A stretch of 64,000 nt of DNA. Origin: Sphaerodactylus townsendi. Lineage: Eukaryota. Positions 54,600-64,000 of the stretch are shown here, piece by piece. The notes beneath the pieces were generated by a model. The model was not told where the DNA came from. It worked only from the letters and a program-made list of their open reading frames with translations, and searched no databases. The first letter of the stretch is position 1; the number at the start of each line of letters is the position of its first letter. The position numbers were made by a program, and so were the translations under genes. Location of the stretch: contig NC_059438.1 of the NCBI RefSeq assembly GCF_021028975.2, positions 43,400,001 through 43,464,000 on the forward strand. The letters run 5' to 3'.

Positions 54600-55880
54600 A
54601 CAATAGACCTTTATTGGCATAAGGTATAAAAGCGTGGGTATGCACCATTATTAAATTTAAAAGAATTGTACGTGCCATCTATGAGTAGTATTACATTCTA
54701 ACATCACACTTAATTTATAAAAATATAACATAGATTAAAAATTTTGACCATTCAATTGTAAACAGGATTATAAACAAATATAGTAAGACTACACTGAAAA
54801 CCGGAATTAAGATATTTCTAGCCATTCCTTATTCACAGCCTATTTACTAAAAAGGTATAACCTTCCCCAGGATCTATAAATGGTTTATACTAATTAATGC
54901 TATAGGTTAGTTAAAGTTCCATAAAAATGCAATAACAATGAGCTCCTTGTATACACATTCTATGACAAACCAGGAGTACCAGAGGTGTAGGGTATTCCAC
55001 ATTTAGATATGATTCTATACTTGCGTATTTTAGGTACCTCTTAAGGACATGACTTGCAGCAAATAATTAGCTATTCTCCCAAGTTGCTTAGGAGGGATCA
55101 TTACTCTGTTGTGCTGTTAGAACATTGGAAATATTTTTGGAAGGCACCTTTCCCATTACCGGTAGTAATAAAACTTCCCTCTGTGAGTTATATTTTGGGC
55201 AATAACATAAAATGGGCTCCAATGTTTCCACCATGGTGGGACAGAACGGGCATACTCTATCTGATAGGGGCCGCTTCTCAATCCGGCCTTGCAAGAGGGC
55301 AGGAGAAAAAAAAATTACATCTGGCTCGGGTCAATATCCAGCATTGTTCAGAATCTACGGGATTTCGTCGAATGAATATTTGGCCATACGATGCCAGCAT
55401 GCGGTATTTGGACCATGAAGCTACAATAGGGAGCATGTTGTTGTTGCTTGATTTGATTAGAAATGTTGATACTCTCCCTGATCATGCAATAGTCTAAGCT
55501 TTTGTTGATTAGGGCTATATATATTTCATTAAAGGGAGTTCCGCTTTCGAGTGCCAACTCCTCTAATGAGAAACCCAATGAATTGAGTTTACCGTTGATT
55601 ATATTCCACCATTGTAAGCTTTGGACCTCAACGAAGGCCCTATGCCAGTGGTGGTGAACCTTTGGCACTCCAGATGTTATGGACTATAATTCCCATCAGC
55701 CCCTGCCAGCATGGCCAATTGGTAGGCTTCCAAGATGTAGCTGAAAGCATATCTTAATCCAAAACTTAAAAGTAAGTAGCCATGTCCTGGTAGTTAATAG
55801 GTGCATGCCTGCTTCTAAGCATAGCACCGCATAAGGCACACAATGCGGGACTCCAAATATTTTGTAGAGAAACGCTGATT
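54600..55880 (-). mobile_element. Non-LTR retrotransposon 3' fragment (clade uncertain), with a small hAT fragment at ~55646-55722
   Basis: C-terminal knuckle RVCPFC...ETLE.IL..CPKY...R on the minus strand; AT-rich tail with AATAAA. Confidence 0.55.
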
Positions 55881-55934
55881 GATTTTTAACATCTATATGT
55901 GCCTCCTAGCTGGGTTGGTTCGGAGTTTTGGGCT

Positions 55935-56985
55935 GCGGTGTCACCAATATGCTGATGACACCCAGCTCCTGTTCACGATGGCAGGCTGCCTGGCCTCTGC
56001 CCCTGGGGCTCTCCAGCGATGTTTAGAGGCTGTGGCTGACTGATTGAGAGGGAGCCGAAGCTGAATCCATCTAGTGAAGATGGAGGTCCTGTGGGTGGGT
56101 CAAGGAGAGAGGCCAGTTGACTTTGCCTTGCCTATTCTTGACGGCAAGACCTTGCATCTGGCTTCATCAGTCAACAGCCTGGGGCTTACCCTGGACTCCA
56201 CTTTATCATTGGAGGCCCAGGTGGCTAAAACTACCCGGGTTGCCTTTTACCATCTGCATCAGGCAAGGCAATTGGCTCCGTACCTCTCTAACTCTGACCT
56301 AGCCACAGTGATCTATGCGACGGTCACCTCTAGAATGGATTATTGTAACTCGCTTTACGCTGGCCTTCCTTTGACCATGATCCGGAAATTGAAACTCTTT
56401 CAGAATGCAGCAGCCAGGCCCCTGTCAGGAGCGCGTAGTGGAGACCGGATAACTCCTGTACTGTATCAGCTCCATTGGCTGCCGATTGAGTTCCGGATCA
56501 GGTTCAAGGTGCTTGTATTGACATTTAAGACTGTGAGCGATCTTGGACCTACATACCTACAGGACTGCCTCTCCCAATATTGCCCCATTAGACCCTTTTG
56601 GGGGTCCCTGGCCCAAGACAGGTCTGGCTGGCCTCCACAAGGGCCAGGGCTTTTTCACCGCTGGCCTCTACCTGGTGGAATGAGCTCCCTAGTACGATCA
56701 GGGCCCTGTGAGACATAACTGAATTCCGCAGGGCCTGCAAGACGGAGTTCTTCCACCGGGCTTTTATCTGATGCCAGCCAGCCTATTGTTAGCCTCCCAT
56801 GGGTGTCATTTGTATGCTTTATCGCCATCTGTTTTTACTGTGCGGCAGGGTTTTTTAAACGGGTTGTTACTGTTTTAACTGTTTAACCCATTTTGTGGTT
56901 TTATATTGTTTTATATACTGTTGTTTGCCGCTCTGAGGCCCTTGGGGGAAGGCGTGGTATAAATACAAATACAAATAAATAAAAA
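55935..56985 (+). mobile_element. L2 LINE 3' fragment
   Basis: HQYADDTQL, SRMDYCNSLYAGLP, QNAAAR, LHWLPIEFRIRFK; A-rich tail. Confidence 0.9.
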
Positions 56986-57125
56986 TAATGGGTTGAGTTA
57001 TCAGCTTGATATTCCAGGCTCAGGAATGCCTGCAAGGGGGAAGGTGGCTGATGAAATTGCAACTATAGAACAATGGCAATGCAAATGAGGTGGTCCCCAA
57101 AGATATTAGAGGAAGAAGCATTGGG

Positions 57126-60100
57126 TTAATATGGCACCGGGCAGGCAAGCACTTTAACACATCCATTGTGTTCACAGGGATGTATGGTCCAGGGCTGGGG
57201 TTTGGGAACGCTTTCCAAGGCAGGGGTATTGTGTTCATTTAATCTCTTCAGGATAGATGTCAGAAAGGCATTATGGAAGGCTGATTTGCAGAGGGCAAGC
57301 CCAGATAAATTTTTACTTAGTGCGTGTTCTTGTGGGTACACTGAACCAATGTAGAGGATGGGCTTCCTGTTTTGGCAGTGCATTGTTGGGCACCCCAGTG
57401 GTTGGCAGAGATGTTTAGAGATACAACTGTCTTTAAAACAGGGTCCCCCCAACCTACCATAGGTCTGTCTGGCAACAGAGTTTGCCTGTTTTTGTGTGCA
57501 TTTTATATTTTTAGCCTGTTATTATTACCCCTCAATGTTGGAGAAAGAAGAGAAGATTCTTGTATACCTGAAGAAACGTATGTTAACTCTCAAAAGGTTT
57601 TCCACAGCAGGGGTATATAGCTCAAACTGACTTGTTTTTGAGTAGACCACCCCAGCCATGAGTGTAACTGCTTGCCTGCCTCTAACAATTCAGAATCTGT
57701 AAAATCATCTTCTCTTTTCATCAGAACCATTAACTCCTCTGCAAAACATAAATTGTGCTGATCACTGTGAAAATCTATCAAAAGTCTGCATTCTTTAGCA
57801 GCAATTGCACTGTGAGGGATAGTTTTAAGTTTCCTACGAGCCCCTCCCTATGATAGACTTGAAGTGGTCACTATGAGTGCTTAAAATCTCTCTGTTACTG
57901 TGCAGTGTATTCACTGCAAAATCTAAAAACTCATCAACATTAATATGGGTTTTTTTTCTTAAAGGAATAGATGGGATTTTGCAGACACCCCCCCACACAC
58001 ACCTTCCAAACATAATTGCACAAAATTCCCTTGCTCAGTCCTCCCACTAATTTCATCCACAATCCTTTGCAAACCCCTTGAGAGTGTGGCTATGGCATGG
58101 CTAAACGAAGTCACTCTGTCTAAATTAAGAAAATGGAATTCCTGGCTAATCATCATCAACCTGAATTTTTGGTAAGGTCTCCATGACCTCACATATCTGA
58201 CACAGACTTCAGGCTATTCCCCTGTCTTTGACAGTGAGGCCCCGATATCCTGCCCCTCTTTCTTTGCATCACACACCTCATCCTTCCAATCTCCAACCTC
58301 ATCTTTCCAGCCACCAACCTCCATCTTTCCAACCTTCCAACCTGACACTGACTGTTGAGAACTCTCTGAAGGATTACTGCCAAACCCATTACCTGGTAAA
58401 CTTGTGTAGTGTGCATAATACAATCTACATACATATTAGTTGATTTATTATTGTTGATAAAAGTTGCCAACATACAGTTATATTTACTCTGAACAACATC
58501 GAAAAAGGCTTCCATCTTTTCTAATGTTTGACACACTGTTTCTAATTCCCTTTTCTCCTCCTGCATCTTCATCAAGATAGGATATTCAGCAGCTCCAAAC
58601 TCATCCCACTGTGGGTTAGGAACCACACCACACACCTCAACACGTGTCCTTTTGGGTTTCACACAAAGTGGTGCTTGTGAATCAAGGCTGGGTATATTTT
58701 GTTGCTTAAGATTTGCCTGTTCCTTTCTCTTGAGGGTAACATCTGAAATGAACAAATAAAAAACCCTCTTTTGAAAATGGCTTTGATGAACTCGTTCAGC
58801 CCTTTTAGTGTGTTAAGCTGCTGTGAAAGAGCTTTTATGTAAAATTACTGCAATTATTCCCAGCTTCCCCAACCTCTTTCTCTCTTGCTTTTTCTTCCAC
58901 TTTCAGCACAAACTCTTTTCACAGATGCTATGAAAACCATGGCCAAATAAGTCTGAAAACAAGACTCTGCGCTCACCCGATGGCTTCTTGGTAGTCTGTG
59001 GTGCTCAGCCTACACCACACTATGCTTGCATGGAAGTTCAGCTGGCTGAAAACATCTGGCATCTCTGGCCTCCCATCCCTCTCAGGCCTCTCACCTCCGG
59101 GGAGACTGATAAGGACTTGCCTGTCGGTGTGACCCTCCCCCTCCAGGTTCCTTCTCCAGCTGCTCAGCGGAAGAAAGGCCTTACCAGCCAGGGTCTGTAA
59201 ACAGCTTTCCACATTTATTTGCAGCAATTCACAACAACAAAGAATGAAGTCAAATAAAATCAATCCCTTTCAGTATGGGCAAAACAGCCTTCCTTCTTAC
59301 TGAAGCACCTTCCAGCTGTCTTTCTTCCCTTCCCCCTTCTGACCTCCTCCCGGTATACTGTCTTTTATTAATCACCATTAGCACTGCTCCTATATTTGTT
59401 CACTGTTGCAGGTATTGTTAAACTGGGTGGAGGCTCATGAGCTACAGGCATGGCTTCAACTGGTGATGTTCTTATTGGATCAACAGTACCTTTTCCATAC
59501 AATATTGTAGACCATCAGCTCTATTTTCAGTGAAGGCTTCTGTCAATACACATTAAACATCCATCTTTTTGCCCTCTCCTGATATGTTACACACCCTGCA
59601 TGAGATCAGTATCTGGCAGAAAGCACCCTGGCCCAGCTGCTTACGAAGTAGAGGGCTACGGATTGCATCTCCCCCATTTGTCCACTCACTGTGTTTCTCC
59701 TGGGTGACTTTCTTTAAACCACTGGTGGATGGGGCTGAGTGCTGTGTCACTGGATGGTGGGTTGTTAGTGATACCCCCTGAAACTTCTGAAACACATATT
59801 TAGACATTGTTCATTTTCATTTAGAATAAAAATAGCTTGGATTTATACTTTGCCTTTCTATCTTGTAAGGAGCCTTTCCTTTCCCTCAAACCTTGAAACA
59901 ACAAACGAACTCTGAATTGTTGATCAGTACTGTTTATTGGTAGGCATCAAAGCACCCAGCTTGACAAGGCCAGTTCTGGTGAACCTGGCATTTGCTATCC
60001 CTTTTATTCCAATGTAACCCCCCCCCTTCCTATTTTCCCAGGAAATTTGCAAAAGAGTTAATTTGGAGCTGAGGCGCCCCAAAGACGGCGACAGATAGAG

Positions 60101-63100
60101 ATAGAGATCCACCTGGTATCTTGCTCCCACGAGATAACGGAAACAATCGTGGTTCTCATGAGACCAAAGTGTCAGGGGAAAGCCTAGTTATCTACTTTAT
60201 TTACCATAAAGTAAAAATCACGGAAAGAATGCCCCAGAATGGCAGTGGTAACATACAGCAGGCTGGTTACATATATCTTGTAGATATTGAGTTAGGAATG
60301 CATCTCAATCACCTAGATACAATCCCCCTGACAGGTCCTAAGAGAGTTCTGAGAGAGAGAATTGTGACTTATTGGTCCCCAATAAGCTTCACTTCATTTC
60401 ATAAGATAAGAGCTCCCGCACATGTAAAGAGACATGGATTCGTGCCCCTCTGACTCTTACCGCTACCCCCACCACACCCTCAGGCTGTAGACCCATCTTT
60501 TTTCTATAATACACACAGAGAGAAAGAGGGAGAATATGTTTATCCAAAAAATATAAAGTTTCATAAAGTTTTGTCCACAAAACACAAGTACCTTTATTTA
60601 CCTCTCTACTCCCCCACTTCAACCTAACACACACTATAACAATGATCTATGTAGTCCCCTCAGTAACTTTAGAACAGAACTCAGTTTTTTTCTGCTCCTG
60701 CCCTGATAACCTGACAATTATATGCCATTAAAGGTTGAATTGAATTAATAACCTGACAACATTGGTTGAAGAAGGCTGCAGTTGGTATACAGAGATGAGC
60801 TCTAGGTGTTAAACAACTTAACATTCTCATGGTTTTTATCCCCCCCACTTGTAACCCCCCCCCCAAAAAAAAAACCCCAGTGCAGATACCTAGATAATCA
60901 TTCTCAGTAGAAGTGTTGTTGATCTGCAATCCCATTCACATATTCTCTCAACTTTGTCAGGGGGTCTGGTTTCTGTTTGAAACCTACAGCATTTTGAAAC
61001 ACACAACAAAAGAAGAAAATAGAATTCTTATTCTCTGTGAATTTCACATTGTTCTAACTTCCCCACACACACACAAAGGAAAACAATATGGCTTGCCTTC
61101 TGCGACTTCCAGCAACTCTGAGGCCCACTCTGCATGGGCCTGTGAAGCAGTGGAACACCGGCATACATCATCATCATCATCATCATTATTATTATTATTA
61201 TTATTAATTCGATTTGATGTCAATAGAGCCCTGGGATCTTTCACACACTGCCGGGCGGCTGCCCTCAGAGCCGCCGCAGCCCGCGGAGGCACCTCCATTT
61301 TGTTTGTAAACTTACCTTCTCTTCCCTGCACAGCTCTGCAGGGATGAGGGGACACGCCCCCGTGGGCATAGCAATGTTTCGGGGGTTGGACGGCAGGAGG
61401 CGTGTCCCCTCGTCGCTGCAGAGCTGCACAGGGAAGAGATAGTAAGTTTACAAACAAGACAGAGACACCTAAAAGCGGTTCCTCCGACCTGGTGCCATTC
61501 ACTCGATACCAGGAAAAACACTGTTTTTGAAATGAGTCACTCATTGAGCAAGTTTCAAAAACAGCGTTTCCCTGCTGTGCGTCAGCTGTGCGAAGCACTC
61601 TGCCGGAACAGTGTTTTTACTGTTCCGGGGTGCTGTTTTTGGCCCATGCGGAGTGGGCCTGAGTCCCTAAAATTCATTTTGTTGGTGGTGTCCTAAAAAA
61701 AATAGAGATGTTCACAATGTACTTTGTGGACACTATATAACAGGTATGCAGAGGCCGCCCTCCCCCCTGAAGTCCGAGCCCAGATGTGACTGAGGGGTGG
61801 GTTTTTTGTGTATCCTGTGAGGCCAACCTGCTCCAAACTATCCCCTCTGTGCAGTCTCTAACCACAGGCCTATTCCAACAGCTACATTTATACCTCCCAA
61901 ACAGATAGTAACAGTTTGATATTTTTGACAGATCTTTCAGAATCAGCAGCTTCTTTTCTAAAGCCCCTGCATATTATTTATAGAAAGCTTAAACTTTTTC
62001 ACACACACAAAAAGATATTGAGACGTAAGAATCTTCACATAATTTTATTGTGTACACGTTATCATTTCATAATGTCATAGATGCATTCCACATTTTTATT
62101 TCAATAGATGTATGTGAATTACAAAAAATATTCAAACGATTTTCAGCATCAAACATTTTTCTGCAGATGTTTTTCAACCAGGGTTACATACGGCTTATGA
62201 TATTTCTGAGACAGCTTTCTCAAACTTTCAGTAGGCCTATGTGAACGAGCCACTCTATGGATGATTTTCTCTAGAGAGACATTGTGGCCCTGATGCACGG
62301 TAAAACATTTTAACGAAGAGCCTAATATCACGATTATATACAATGCAGGCTCTATATTGAGATTTTCATGGAAATGTTTTAAATTCTGATTGTAAATTTC
62401 AGCACCCCTGTCCAAATAATCATGGCCCATTTGGTTCCCGAGATCCAAAATGCAACCCTCACACTTGGCGCAACAAAGATCATCAACACAGTGCTGCATA
62501 ATTACAGAGATGACAGCTTGTGTTAGCTTGGCTAAGCTGACCTCCTTTTGGACCAGTCCACTGTTGGTAATTCAACATCCGTCAGCTTAGCATGATCACG
62601 CATAACCACCTGGAATGGTTTCCCAGCCACAGCTAGATTGAAAAAGGTGAATTTCTATAAGAAAAAACAAAAACATGTTTACACCCTGCATATTACTCAA
62701 CATGTCCCCAAACTCCTAGACCGGTGGTGGCGAACCTATGGCACAGGTGCTAGAGGTGGCACTCAGAGCCCTCTCTGTGGTCGCGCGCAAACAGAGTTCA
62801 TCATGTGTGGGGAAATCACCCCCACCGCCCCACACATCTAGGCTGGCCTGGGCGGCTGGGCTCGATTATTAGTGTTAAACCTAAGACCTAGCGTAGGTAG
62901 TAGAAGCAGTGTACGTAACCCTGTTAAGTGCTGTTAAACCCCACTGATTTTCATGCGAAGAACTAAAGCACGATCCTTTACCTGGGAGTAAGCTTGGTTG
63001 CTGGCAATGGGGCTTGCTTCTGAGTAAACCCTTCTAGGGTCGTGATTCACCCGTTCGAAGAGTTGCACGGTTGCTTCAAAGCAAAGCCACCGACTACCAC

Positions 63101-63480
63101 CAAGCTTACTCCTGAGTAACACACGCCTCAGAGCCAACCATTTTTTTCTAAACTGAAACCTCAGTATTCAGGTTAAATTGCTGTGTTGGCACTTTGAGAT
63201 AAATAAGTGGGTTTGGGGTTGCAATTTGGGCACTCGGTCTCAAAAAGGTTCGCTATCACTGTCCTAGACACTACATGCTTATCTCAAACTTGAGAGGTTG
63301 ATTCAATGATGTGCTGCTCTCCTGTGTAGAAACGCGTGCACCTGCATACTGCTGCAATGGAGTTTCTCTCACATCTTTCTCAGGGGAAGAAAACAGTTTC
63401 TTTTGGATGTGGTCCTCCTTCTCATCTTTATCATCCAGCATCTCCTTAGACAGCACTTCTTTTGTTTTGGTACTGCTGGT
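57126..63480 (-). pseudogene. Candidate degraded multi-exon gene of unknown identity, antisense in GALNT12 intron 1
   Basis: AG/GT-bounded, protein-like segments at 61894-62632, 58977-59194, 58393-58742 (fully open), 57529-57957 and 57126-57464; stops and frameshifts in some. Confidence 0.45.
62722..63261. mobile_element. hAT MITE
   Basis: TIRs cggtggtggcgaacc / ggttcgctatcactg; exact 8-bp TSD tcctagac. Confidence 0.88.
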
Positions 63481-63666
63481 GGGGGGGAGGGGGTAAAGGC
63501 TCAAAGGTTGTCAGGTATGCTTTCCATGATCAACAAGTAGTTAGGTCAAGTTTAACTGCTGCCCCAAAGACAATTCTTGCCCATGTTTAAAGGCAAGCAG
63601 TGCCTGCTCATTGGTCATTTTAAAAAACCTGCCCACATTGGACAGATTAGCCCCAAGAGTCAAACA

Positions 63667-63965
63667 GGAGCAGCAGTGGCATAGTGGTTTAGAGCAGGTG
63701 CATTCTAATCTGGAGGAACCAGGTTTGATTCCCCGCTCTGCCGCTTGAGCTGTGGGCTTATCTGGGGAATTCAAATTAGCCTGTGCACTCCAGTACATGC
63801 CAGCTGGGTGACCTTGGGCTAGTCACAGTTCTTCTGAGCTCTCTCAGCCCCACCCACCTCATAGGATGTTTGTTGTGAGGGGGGAAGGACAAGGAGATTG
63901 TAAGCCCCTTTGAGTCTCCTACAGGAGAGAAAGGGGGGATATAAATCCAAATTCTTCTCTTCTTT
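63667..63965 (+). mobile_element. Squam3-like SINE
   Basis: Full-length copy with A/B boxes and a CT-rich tail. Confidence 0.88.
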
Positions 63966-64000
63966 ACTCCCCACCCCCTCTCATGGAGATGCCGCCCCCC

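Noticed and set aside
59920-60660. Possible LTR or endogenous retrovirus fragment
   Set aside because: Termini, TSD and coding motifs could not be defined
63667-63745. tRNA-like A and B boxes (also at 29139, 54311 and elsewhere)
   Set aside because: SINE heads continuing into the SINE body, not tRNA genes
52762-64000. GALNT12 exon 2
   Set aside because: No LPxTSVIIAFYNEAWSTLLRT-like sequence found; intron 1 appears to extend past the window

Overview
Vertebrate genomic DNA, most likely from a gecko-like squamate reptile (inferred from its Squam3/Sauria-type SINEs, CR1, L2, R4 and Penelope repeats). It contains the whole coding region of ANKS6 (minus strand, 16 coding exons, 51416 to 22096). 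ANKS6 sits head-to-head across a CpG island with exon 1 of GALNT12 (plus strand, 52367-52761). The first 16 kb is a three-level retrotransposon nest. A DIRS tyrosine-recombinase element is interrupted by a Ty1/copia element, which is itself interrupted in its protease active-site codons by a full-length Ty3/gypsy chromovirus. The primer-binding site of that chromovirus is complementary to its own predicted mRNA 5' end (Tf1/sushi-type self-priming). A solo LTR of the same family lies in ANKS6 intron 3. Other points of interest are a downstream in-frame duplicate of ANKS6 exon 15, apparent frame disruptions in ANKS6 exons 3, 5 and 7 (probably uncorrected long-read errors), and a degraded, unidentified multi-exon coding locus antisense within GALNT12 intron 1. 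Coordinates were read by eye, and homology calls rest on recalled motifs rather than database searches.
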